Shown here: positions 18,460 through 27,127 of the stretch, in pieces | Position numbering within the stretch: the stretch's first letter is position 1 | Layout of the letters: each line of letters starts with the position of its first letter | IMG/VR virus record: IMGVR_UViG_3300009103_000003 | Span: 64,001-128,000 of that record | Reading direction: 5' to 3' (one strand) | Origin: a virus | DNA length: 64,000 nt | Program-made: the position numbers and the translations under genes | The notes under the pieces: generated by a model | Told to the model about the DNA's origin: nothing | The model's database searches: none | Seen by the model: the letters and a program-made list of their open reading frames with translations, nothing else

Positions 18460-20463
18460 ATGGAACTCGTAAGAAAATTGCAACGACCGACGTTTGAAAA
18501 AACAGCGTCTAAATTTATTTTGGGTGATAACCCAAACACTCACCCAAGTGAGCTACTCGCCCATTTGTATAAGCAGCACTCATACCTGGGCCAGTATAAG
18601 GTCAATATGTCTATTGAGGGGCAAGATCAGAGCCTCGGATATATGTATGGTGTGTTCACGGTATCACACTCCCCCGAAGTCCCCGCAGGCCCTGGGACAC
18701 AGAGAATGGGTGAGGTGGTCAGGGAAGGTGAGCAAGAACCGACTTCTGAAGAAAAAAAGACCGCCCTCCGCATCCCAATTATTGTGGAAAATAAAAAGGC
18801 GTATTCTTTTGATGTATTCATCTCCCCGGACGGACGCTTCTTGCCTCTGAATGAGCAGCGGGTGTCTGCTGCACTGTTTGATATGAACCCATACTTGCCC
18901 GCACCCAGCCCTTCCGCAGTTGGTGGTGGCGGCAGTGGTGCAAACTTCAGCCCTACTGAGCCTGCGGGCGCATTAGGGGGTTCTGCCTCAGCGGTAAATC
19001 AAACCGTAAAGCAGGCCTCGGTGTTGGATTCAATCCTCCCAAATATTCACTCACAAGAAGTAGCAGCATTTCTGGAGAAGCTGGCTGGTGACCAGTCTTT
19101 ACGGGACGCTGTTCAATTAAACCCCGCGTTTAGCAAGGCTGTTGTTAAACTCGCAGAAAGCGCTGATAAGCCTCAGGTCACCCCTTCTGAGGAAGTCAAA
19201 GAGCTTGATGAGTTTGACGCAACCGTTATCGCGAAAACAGACGGTGGTTACACCATTAAGATGGCCTCTGCTGACGGGTCTGCGCAGGACGTATTTATTT
19301 CAAATGTGGATGGTCAGAGCATCCCAATTGAGGTTCGGCAGAGCGTAATCAATGATGGTTACACGCTTGTGGTGCCTGAAGACAATCGTGAACTGGTCTC
19401 TGTGGAAAAGACCGCAAGCCTCAAAACCGTGGATTCCAACGGTATTTACTCCGTGATGACTAAGACCGGTAAGGCACAAAGAGCCGCAGTGGTTAACGAT
19501 ATCGTTTCTCTTGATGGTCGCAAGATGGACCTGTGTCTGGTGGTTGGTGACTCCGGTGCTGCCTTTCAAGACAAGGTGGCGGGCGTTCATTGTGGCGATT
19601 TAGACCTCGGAGCCCTACGTGGCTCGGAGCCATCGGGCGGGGGCGTCTTCGTTCTCAAAGAAGCAGGTGTCGTAACGGAACCTGTTACCGTACTAAATAA
19701 AGTTGTTACGGATGATGCTACGTCATATCTGTACGAGCACCCACTTCATGGGAAGGGAACGCTCAAGATTGCGAGCGTCTTAAAGCCGCTAAACACAAGC
19801 GGTAACGATTATCTAATCCCCGACACAGCAACTTTTGTCCCGCTCACTTTTGGCGGCAGATACGCTACCGACGCAGTGTCGATGGACAAAATTGCCTCCA
19901 GACAAGACCGGATGATGGAAGTTTGTCTCCGCTCAGACGGGTCTGAGTTCTCATTTAGCGGTAGACCTGTAGACGGCCTGATTAAAAGTGCTGGGCTGAA
20001 TGCTGTTGAGTCTCTTTTGTTGTTAGGCGTCCTTGGTGATACCCCCTCAGGGGCAATGCGGAAGCTTGCGTCTGCGGCTCAAAAATTCGAGACTTCTTTT
20101 GTTGCGGCCCGTGTATTGGGGCCTAACACGAAAGAAAAGGTTGCGGCTGATGGAGAAGCCGAGAGACTTGCAGAGGTTATCAATATTGACCTTATAAAAG
20201 AGTCCTCTGCTTTAACAGGCTCGGAGACCGTTGACTCTGTTTTATCCCTGAACTTCGTTACCCCGGAGAATATCCAGGGGTATGTTGACGCGATCCCGGT
20301 TCTAGAAGAGGCGGGCTCCAAGTTGGCTGAGATGCTTGTTGGGGTTCGGTTGGGGCTGTCAGATGTACCAGAGGCGGCGGTATCGACTTCTTTGCGTGGT
20401 ATCGAGCGGGCAGTGCAGGGTCTGAAGAAACTTCAGATTCGAGCAAGCGTCTCAATGGCGTAA
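18460..20463 (+). CDS. Putative prohead core protein with about 10 K-x-A motifs (likely start ATG 18460)
   Basis: FEKTAS, VKQAS, LEKLAG, VKLAE, IKMAS, VEKTAS, LKIAS, MDKIAS, MRKLAS, KEKVAA. Confidence 0.6.
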   Translation: MELVRKLQRPTFEKTASKFILGDNPNTHPSELLAHLYKQHSYLGQYKVNMSIEGQDQSLGYMYGVFTVSHSPEVPAGPGTQRMGEVVREGEQEPTSEEKKTALRIPIIVENKKAYSFDVFISPDGRFLPLNEQRVSAALFDMNPYLPAPSPSAVGGGGSGANFSPTEPAGALGGSASAVNQTVKQASVLDSILPNIHSQEVAAFLEKLAGDQSLRDAVQLNPAFSKAVVKLAESADKPQVTPSEEVKELDEFDATVIAKTDGGYTIKMASADGSAQDVFISNVDGQSIPIEVRQSVINDGYTLVVPEDNRELVSVEKTASLKTVDSNGIYSVMTKTGKAQRAAVVNDIVSLDGRKMDLCLVVGDSGAAFQDKVAGVHCGDLDLGALRGSEPSGGGVFVLKEAGVVTEPVTVLNKVVTDDATSYLYEHPLHGKGTLKIASVLKPLNTSGNDYLIPDTATFVPLTFGGRYATDAVSMDKIASRQDRMMEVCLRSDGSEFSFSGRPVDGLIKSAGLNAVESLLLLGVLGDTPSGAMRKLASAAQKFETSFVAARVLGPNTKEKVAADGEAERLAEVINIDLIKESSALTGSETVDSVLSLNFVTPENIQGYVDAIPVLEEAGSKLAEMLVGVRLGLSDVPEAAVSTSLRGIERAVQGLKKLQIRASVSMA

Positions 20464-20466
20464 CAC

Positions 20467-21243
20467 ATGAAGCAACCGAATGAATACTGGTTAAAGTACA
20501 TGCTTCTGTTCTCTGGGTTATCCCAAGAACAGATTGCCGAGTCGGCGTGCATGTTCGGGATGCCAGATCCTTCGGTTTCTTACTTGGGCTCGTTAGCTGA
20601 CAAGCTTCAGGAGACGAAGCCTCCTAGGTTCGATATAGCTAACAGCGCAAGTAAGGCCTGGGTAAGACGCCAACGGATTATGTCTATGGCTGTGGGGCAG
20701 AAGTACGCCTTACAGGCTAGGGAGATTCTAGGTGATACGAAAATTAGGCCGATAGTTGAGACCTTAATTATTAGCGACGCCTCCCTAGAGGATATTAGTA
20801 AGTATACTCAGGAGTTAACCGGAACCAAGTTACCAAAGAAGTCGATAGATATGTATCGACACTATTTTTGGAACAGGCAGCTTCTCTCCTCTAAGGAATG
20901 GTTAGATTTTTTAGACACCTACCCTAATGGGGACATCCTTAAGAAATGCTACAAGCAGGGGCTTGAATACGCATTATGGCGCATAGGGTATCGGGTAGAG
21001 TTATCTCAACAGGATGTTCTCCGTGGAGTTTTCCATGAATCGGCTATGCGATTTTTTGAGACATCCTCATCCCCAAATAATCGTGATACGGCAATGACAG
21101 CCAAGATGTGGGCTGAGAATATCTTTAAGGCAACCGAGGAGCTAAACAGAACCGGTGATGAGGTTAGGCAGGTTCTGGATGAATTGAAGAATGTGGCTAT
21201 AAAGCTCGGGAAAAGAGATATTAGCAGTATTGAGGATCTATAA
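20467..21243 (+). CDS. Hypothetical helical protein, possible terminase small subunit
   Basis: Helical, HTH-like start and C-terminal coiled coil; the TerS call is positional and weak. Confidence 0.45.
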   Translation: MKQPNEYWLKYMLLFSGLSQEQIAESACMFGMPDPSVSYLGSLADKLQETKPPRFDIANSASKAWVRRQRIMSMAVGQKYALQAREILGDTKIRPIVETLIISDASLEDISKYTQELTGTKLPKKSIDMYRHYFWNRQLLSSKEWLDFLDTYPNGDILKKCYKQGLEYALWRIGYRVELSQQDVLRGVFHESAMRFFETSSSPNNRDTAMTAKMWAENIFKATEELNRTGDEVRQVLDELKNVAIKLGKRDISSIEDL

Positions 21244-21590
21244 TGACGGGTGGTAATGTTTTTAATGGCGGTATGCCGATATCTGGCTTTGAGCTTGTCA
21301 CGTTCACGGAAGCGAAAACGCCAGTCATGGGTGTTCGTGCCGAATATTACCAATATGAAAATGGGGTCAAGTTCCATTTTTGGGGTGACCCTGAGTTTCC
21401 CGAAACATTTGAGACCAGCCTCATGGAGGCCTTCGCCGCTTTTCCTAAAGAAAACATTATCGTTGAATACGTGCCCGAGGTGGATAGCTGGTATGGCGAA
21501 GTAAAAAATGTAAACACACTAACTTCGTCGCTCATTGAGCGAATTGTTAGCAAAATAGCGACGGCGGTAGAGAACAATGGCAAAGAATGA
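21243..21590 (+). CDS. Hypothetical protein (115 aa)
   Basis: Coupled ORF (TAATG). Confidence 0.65.
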   Translation: MTGGNVFNGGMPISGFELVTFTEAKTPVMGVRAEYYQYENGVKFHFWGDPEFPETFETSLMEAFAAFPKENIIVEYVPEVDSWYGEVKNVNTLTSSLIERIVSKIATAVENNGKE

Positions 21591-23391
21591 AAAACAATCT
21601 TATACGGGCACCCTTGCCAAAGTAGCTCCCGCCTTCGGTCTGAAGGCCATTCTTGGTGATTTACCCAAAGCATCTCTTGAGCACGCTACAGAAGCGAAGC
21701 TTCGCGGAAATAAGGCCAAACTAAAAGACCTCTTGGTTCAGGGCATGAAGGGTCGTGGCGTGGGCAGGGCCACCGGCGCAGCAGTTGGGATTGCAACAGC
21801 CCCTCTTTTCTTGAAGGGCCTGGATTTCGTTAGCTCTAAAGACAAGAAAAAACAGCGACTCGGACTCGCCCTACTGGGCTCTACCGCTGCTGCTTACCAA
21901 GGGCAGAAAGGCTTCATTGAAGGTTACAGGTCTGCCAAGGCAGGCGGAACACCTAGCAAGCTACTGGCAGCAAGACAGGGTGCTATTATTGGGGGGACAC
22001 GCATTGCGTATAAAACCCCCTCAGCGATCCTGCTTGGCCTAAGCATTGCGCAGGGAAGGAAGAAGAGTAAGAGTGGTGGCGGGCCGTTAGCTAAGTATAT
22101 CACCCCAGCCCTATCCGGTGCTGCCATCGGCGCTTTGTCCCGTGGCGCAGAAAACATCGCTGTTCAGAAAGGCATGGGTGGAGCAAAACTCACCTCACAA
22201 GTATTTAAGAAAGCATTACCAGCGGCTGGTGGTGGAGCAGTAGGCGGTCTTGTTGGAGGGGTCGTCTTATCCGCAGCAGTCGATGGTGCTATGAAAGCCT
22301 TGAAAAGCGGGAAAGAGAAGAAGGCCGCAGCGGTTACGGGAACAGCGCTTGGTGTAAAGGGCTTGGCCAGCTTGCTCGGTATTCATGGAGCCACAAAGGG
22401 GGCTATGGGGTACGGCGGCGCTGGGCGTTTGACTGCGAAAATTCCTTGGCTTGGTAAGCGGGTGCAGGGGGGTATGCAAAACCTCAAGACTCGCCAGCTT
22501 GCCATTGGGATCAGAGAAGGACTCGCAGGGAGAACAAACGCAGGGTTCCGCGCAAATGTCGGCCTGGGGATGACTATTCCGGAGCTTAAGTTCAACCGAG
22601 AGGTTGGGATAAAGCTTGGACAACTTCTTCGAGGTGTTCCTCCAGAGTTTAGGCCGAAGGCGTTAGCATTTGTTCAAAAGCAAATTACCCCAATAATGAA
22701 GAAAACCAAGGGCGGGGACCCTGTCCCAGTATTCAACCAATTGGGAAAAGCAATTGAGCAGGCAACGGGTAAGGACCCGCTCTTCAAGAGGACTGGCTTG
22801 GCTGGGGCATGGAATTCCGTGATGCACGGGGGACGTGGGGCGTACACCCAAAAGGGTCACGCAGTCCGCAGATTACCTAAAGCGTTAGCACAAGATCCAA
22901 AAAGCAAGGGTCTCGCTGGAGACTTAGTTCTGAGTGGTGGCGGTGTTGGGGGGATGGCCGCTTTACTGTCTGGCGCTGTTCCAGGGGCAGCGGTTATACC
23001 TGCAACAGTCATGGCGTCTCATGCAGCAATGAGCGGATTAAAAGGGTTGGCTGTCCGCACTAAAGCAATTCAGAACAAGGCTGGCGAGTCTGCTGCCCAA
23101 GGTATTCGAGAAGCATTCTTGCCTGGGATGAGGAAGGGCCTCGGGACGAAAACTATGGAGAAGGTGCTAGATTACGGGGTCTCGCCTGCGTCCCGCGATT
23201 TCGGGAAAATGATTGGTGCCCTCGCCAGAAGAGGCGCGGAGACAGGACGCCAAGCTTTCTACGGCGGTGCGCAAGGAAAACTCAACAGAGTGTTTTCTCC
23301 GAAGAGACTATCATTTTCTGACGCTGCAACTATGCCGATGCTGGCTGGTGCAGGGGCGGCAGGCCTATACAAAGCTAATAGAGAGCGCTAA
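21577..23391 (+). CDS. Basic Gly/Ala/Lys-rich protein with GxxxG segments; putative internal/ejection protein
   Basis: Repeated glycine-zipper-like hydrophobic stretches; KEKKAAA motif mid-protein. Confidence 0.6.
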   Translation: MAKNEKQSYTGTLAKVAPAFGLKAILGDLPKASLEHATEAKLRGNKAKLKDLLVQGMKGRGVGRATGAAVGIATAPLFLKGLDFVSSKDKKKQRLGLALLGSTAAAYQGQKGFIEGYRSAKAGGTPSKLLAARQGAIIGGTRIAYKTPSAILLGLSIAQGRKKSKSGGGPLAKYITPALSGAAIGALSRGAENIAVQKGMGGAKLTSQVFKKALPAAGGGAVGGLVGGVVLSAAVDGAMKALKSGKEKKAAAVTGTALGVKGLASLLGIHGATKGAMGYGGAGRLTAKIPWLGKRVQGGMQNLKTRQLAIGIREGLAGRTNAGFRANVGLGMTIPELKFNREVGIKLGQLLRGVPPEFRPKALAFVQKQITPIMKKTKGGDPVPVFNQLGKAIEQATGKDPLFKRTGLAGAWNSVMHGGRGAYTQKGHAVRRLPKALAQDPKSKGLAGDLVLSGGGVGGMAALLSGAVPGAAVIPATVMASHAAMSGLKGLAVRTKAIQNKAGESAAQGIREAFLPGMRKGLGTKTMEKVLDYGVSPASRDFGKMIGALARRGAETGRQAFYGGAQGKLNRVFSPKRLSFSDAATMPMLAGAGAAGLYKANRER

Positions 23392-23393
23392 TC

Positions 23394-25163
23394 ATGAGTC
23401 TGGGCGATTACTTAACCAAATCTGCGGAAGAAGCTCCCCCCAAGCATGGGACAGGGATTCCTTCGCTCAAAGAATGGTTCAAGCCCTACGATCATCAAGC
23501 AAGCGCAATTGACCGCCTGTTCGCTAACAAAGGGAAGATGATTCTCGCCCATGAGATGGGTACCGGTAAAACCGTTACCAGTATCTATGGGTTTGAGAAA
23601 ATGAAGCATGAAGGTAAGGCGAAAAAAGCTCTTGTCATTGTGCCTTCCGGTCTTCGAGACAACTTCGCCAAAAACGGTATTGAGAAGTTCACCAATAGTA
23701 CTTGGCAGGCGATTGGTTCTTCCTCTGAGAAGTCTAAGAAGGCTGGGTATATCAGGCCTGGGGAAGAGTCCGACAAAGATTACACAGTAATAAGCTATGC
23801 GATGTTTCGGCGTGATCCAATTGGGTACATGAAGCGAACAGGCGCAGATACGATTATCGCGGACGAGTTCCACAAGACTAGGAATGAACGGGCTAGCACA
23901 TACCAAGCCCTGGCCTCTGCTCGTGTGTTGGCTACAAACTTCATGGGGCTGACCGCCTCGATGATTAATAATAATCCTTCGGAGTTGGCGACCCTGCTTA
24001 CCTTATCGGAGGGGAGGCGGGACCTAACACCAAGGCAATTTAAGCGCCGATATACCCAAACGATTGGATTCACCAAAGGATTTAATGACGGTCGTAAAAA
24101 GATCGTTGGGATGAAAAATGTTGATGAGCTACGGGAGCGGACAGGGACAAAAGTAGACTACGTCGAAACCAAGGACTTGAAAGGCAAGACGATGCCTAAA
24201 AAAGATATTGAGACAGTCCCTGTCCCAATGTCTAAGGAACAGTATCGACTGTATCAACTGTCACTAAACAAGCTCGGCCCAGTTAAGAAGTATATAACCA
24301 AGAAAGACCCAAACATCACTGTGCGAGAAGCCAAGATGATTTTTGGGCAGATTTCACAAGCCCGACAAGTCGCTAACTCTCTCCAAACTGGGCGAAGTGA
24401 TGTGACCCTTGCCGAGTCATCCAGAAGAACTCCGAAGGTGAACAGGCTCCTAAACGACACAGAAAAACACTTGGCAGATAAGTCAGACAACAAGGTTGTT
24501 TTATATTCGAACCTTGTTCGTGGTGGGGTGGATGTTCTATCTGCCGGGTTAAAAGAACGAGGAATCCCCCACTCTGTATTCGTTGGTAAAGGCACAGAGG
24601 TGGGTGGTAATAAGGTTACAGCCGTCTCCAGACAGGCTGGAGTTCAGGAGTATAAGGCCGGGAAAAAGCGGGTAATCGTCATCAGTGGTGCTGGGGCTGA
24701 GGGGCTCGATCTTAAGAACTCAACGGCATTTTTCTCTTTAGATGGGCACTTCAATCCACAACGCGTTTTACAAGCAGAGGGTAGGGCTAGAAGACTTGGT
24801 GGGCAAAAACATCGCGCATTAGAGGACCGCATTGTGAATGTAAGGCGCTACCAGAGTGTCGCGCCAGACAGTGCAAAGCCTGGGTTTATTGGTCGAGTGT
24901 TTGGGAAGACCACCCCAAGAACAACAGATCAATGGATGGATAGCGTTGCTAGCCGGAAGTACCAGCAGCAAGAGCAATTCTATAAAGCCTATAAGCAGAA
25001 AAAGCATCTGTATAAATACACAGACCAAAGCGGGAAAACTAGATATGTCTACGCCAAAAAAACCAAACAAAAATCCCCTGGACTCTTTTCTCGGATCTTC
25101 TCTAGAAAGCGAACTCCTGAAGCTAGCCCAATCCAAGCCCCCAAACCTACGACTGTCGGATAG
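23394..25163 (+). CDS. SNF2-family helicase/ATPase
   Basis: LAHEMGTGKT, IIADEFHK, GLTASMINNNPSEL, GAEGLDL, FNPQRVLQAEGRARRLG; N-terminal LTKSA. Confidence 0.92.
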   Translation: MSLGDYLTKSAEEAPPKHGTGIPSLKEWFKPYDHQASAIDRLFANKGKMILAHEMGTGKTVTSIYGFEKMKHEGKAKKALVIVPSGLRDNFAKNGIEKFTNSTWQAIGSSSEKSKKAGYIRPGEESDKDYTVISYAMFRRDPIGYMKRTGADTIIADEFHKTRNERASTYQALASARVLATNFMGLTASMINNNPSELATLLTLSEGRRDLTPRQFKRRYTQTIGFTKGFNDGRKKIVGMKNVDELRERTGTKVDYVETKDLKGKTMPKKDIETVPVPMSKEQYRLYQLSLNKLGPVKKYITKKDPNITVREAKMIFGQISQARQVANSLQTGRSDVTLAESSRRTPKVNRLLNDTEKHLADKSDNKVVLYSNLVRGGVDVLSAGLKERGIPHSVFVGKGTEVGGNKVTAVSRQAGVQEYKAGKKRVIVISGAGAEGLDLKNSTAFFSLDGHFNPQRVLQAEGRARRLGGQKHRALEDRIVNVRRYQSVAPDSAKPGFIGRVFGKTTPRTTDQWMDSVASRKYQQQEQFYKAYKQKKHLYKYTDQSGKTRYVYAKKTKQKSPGLFSRIFSRKRTPEASPIQAPKPTTVG

Positions 25164-25305
25164 CAACGTAAAATGTGACGGGTGCAGTAGCTTTGCTTAC
25201 AAATCTGGGAGAAGCTGGCGGGGTGATGGTGATTGCTCTAAATACGGCGGCTCTCCTGTCCGGGCAGACTTCGTATGCGATGACTTTGAACCGGTGCAGG
25301 AGTAG
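25045..25305 (+). CDS. 86-aa protein with K-x-A motif and HiPIP-like 4-Cys domain; overlaps the SNF2 3' end (likely start ATG 25045)
   Basis: ESELLKLAQ followed by KCDGCSSF...GDCSKYGGSPVRADFVCDDF. Confidence 0.6.
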   Translation: MSTPKKPNKNPLDSFLGSSLESELLKLAQSKPPNLRLSDSNVKCDGCSSFAYKSGRSWRGDGDCSKYGGSPVRADFVCDDFEPVQE

Positions 25306-25307
25306 TT

Positions 25308-26570
25308 ATGGATTTGCCTCTCATATTAACCAACTATAGAGCGGAGCTAGAAAAGACCGCCGCCACAGCAGCCCTCAAAGCTATTCGTGCGCTGGTTAAT
25401 GCGGGGAAGATAGGTAAGGCTGAAGCTTTGGCGACAAACCTCATCTCCAAGGGGGCGCTCAAAACATCGAAACAGGGCTCACAACTTAGATTCCTAGGGT
25501 CTGGTAGCGAGGGACCTGCGCACCTAGTCATTGGCGCTAAAGACGCACCAAGCAAGGTACTTGTACGAAAAATGCTAGACCCGAGAGGGGCCATCTTCAG
25601 TAAAGAACAGGCTGCTACCAAGTTCAACACCCTACGCCGCTTGAGAGCTAATCCGGCTGCTGATGGCGGACATAAACTATCCAAAGGCAGCGACTCCTTT
25701 GCGAAGCTGGTGAGTAATAAGCTCCACAAAACCCCAACAGGGGGGAGGTACTATCATTCAGAGTATGTGCCTGGGAAAGACCTTTACCAGACTGCGATGC
25801 AAGCGCGGGGGCTACCAAAAGCCACAAAGGCTGGGCTTCCAGGGCTTCATGATGCCTCTGTTTTGGCCGGTAAATCTCATCTAGGAAAGCGCCCCGGCTC
25901 TACGATCAAAGACGCGCTTAAAGGAAGAGCGTCTAGAACTAACCGAGCCCTAGAACAATCCAACGCAACAAACATCATGGTGACCCCTTCCGGGAAACCC
26001 AAGATTGTGGATTTTTATGTCTCCCCCAAAGACAGTTTTCATGCCCAATCTGCCGTTAGAGCCTCGACCAGTACTCGCACAGTTAAGGGAGGGGGGAAAG
26101 CGCCCTCCCCAGCCCTGGTTAAAAAACCGAGCCCCGGAATTCTTGCTCGTCACAGAGCAGCGGCGTGGCGTGACCGCGTCCCAGGCGCAAACACGACCGT
26201 GGCAGATGTCCCCGCAGCAGGAGGCCTCCGCAGTGCTGATACAGTCAACACCTTGAGAGGGCTTGGTCCCGGCTCCCCCAGAGCAGGAGCCACAACCAAG
26301 GGCCGGTGGACAGGAAAGCAACCTCAGGGGTCAGGACCACCAAGGTCAGCAGAATATGAAAAGATGATGCTTGACGAGGTTGGTTCTCGCAACCAAAGGA
26401 TGCTTAGGGCCATGCATAACAGGGTCGCAACAGGGGCCACCAACCCTGCGAGCCCTAAAGCCCTGTCTGGAGTCGCCTTCCCCCCGATAAATCCCTTCGG
26501 GGCGACAGTTCCGAAGGGGCTTCCATTTGCCAAGACACAACCCGCACGTACCCCCCTAAGGAGTCGTTAG
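25308..26570 (+). CDS. Protein kinase-like protein with basic low-complexity C-terminus
   Basis: LGSGSEG, VLVRK, EYVPG, LHD...NIMV, KIVDF in kinase order; N-terminal AELEKTAA. Confidence 0.68.
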   Translation: MDLPLILTNYRAELEKTAATAALKAIRALVNAGKIGKAEALATNLISKGALKTSKQGSQLRFLGSGSEGPAHLVIGAKDAPSKVLVRKMLDPRGAIFSKEQAATKFNTLRRLRANPAADGGHKLSKGSDSFAKLVSNKLHKTPTGGRYYHSEYVPGKDLYQTAMQARGLPKATKAGLPGLHDASVLAGKSHLGKRPGSTIKDALKGRASRTNRALEQSNATNIMVTPSGKPKIVDFYVSPKDSFHAQSAVRASTSTRTVKGGGKAPSPALVKKPSPGILARHRAAAWRDRVPGANTTVADVPAAGGLRSADTVNTLRGLGPGSPRAGATTKGRWTGKQPQGSGPPRSAEYEKMMLDEVGSRNQRMLRAMHNRVATGATNPASPKALSGVAFPPINPFGATVPKGLPFAKTQPARTPLRSR

Positions 26571-26617
26571 ATGAAGACACGACTTGTGGCTAAGAAAAAT
26601 GGGAGGCTAAAAGCCTC

Positions 26618-26854
26618 TCACTCTTCCAGGCCCGCAGCTTCACGGACCTTGGCAGGGATTCTGCATGTGACGTCTTTGGGATATCTTTCTATAAAAGCTA
26701 GGGCCTCTGGCTTCGTTGGGGTGCCCATGAAACAGCGAATACTGAGCCATTCATTGAGCTTATCATCTACGGGCAAGCCATCATCGAATAGAGCCAAAAG
26801 CTTCTCAGGTATCGGGGTAATTTCCATCCCTTCTTTTGAGTTTGGAATATACAT
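26618..26854 (-). CDS. Hypothetical protein (78 aa), antisense to the structural block
   Basis: SD GGAGG upstream of the ATG. Confidence 0.65.
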   Translation of the reverse strand: MYIPNSKEGMEITPIPEKLLALFDDGLPVDDKLNEWLSIRCFMGTPTKPEALAFIERYPKDVTCRIPAKVREAAGLEE

Positions 26855-26887
26855 AGTTAGCCTCCTATCATCCTTCTTATGCCAGAT

Positions 26888-27127
26888 TCAGTCCCGTCTC
26901 TTGCCATACCAGATTGTTATTTTCCCGTATTTCGCGTTAATACGTACTCGGCCCTTGGGGCCTAAGGCATCTCTAAGGAAGGCGTCTAGTAATTTTTTAG
27001 CTTGTGGGTCTAGTGGGGCCCACACGGTAAGCGTGTAGGTTTTCCCATGACTCTCGTACGACAACAGATCGTTACCGATAGCTCTGGAAAGTGAGGCAAT
27101 AACTCTTTTGAAGGCTACGTCATCCAT
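26888..27127 (-). CDS. Hypothetical protein (79 aa), head-to-head with terL
   Basis: Protein-like alpha/beta pattern; fills the gap; no clear SD. Confidence 0.5.
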   Translation of the reverse strand: MDDVAFKRVIASLSRAIGNDLLSYESHGKTYTLTVWAPLDPQAKKLLDAFLRDALGPKGRVRINAKYGKITIWYGKRRD

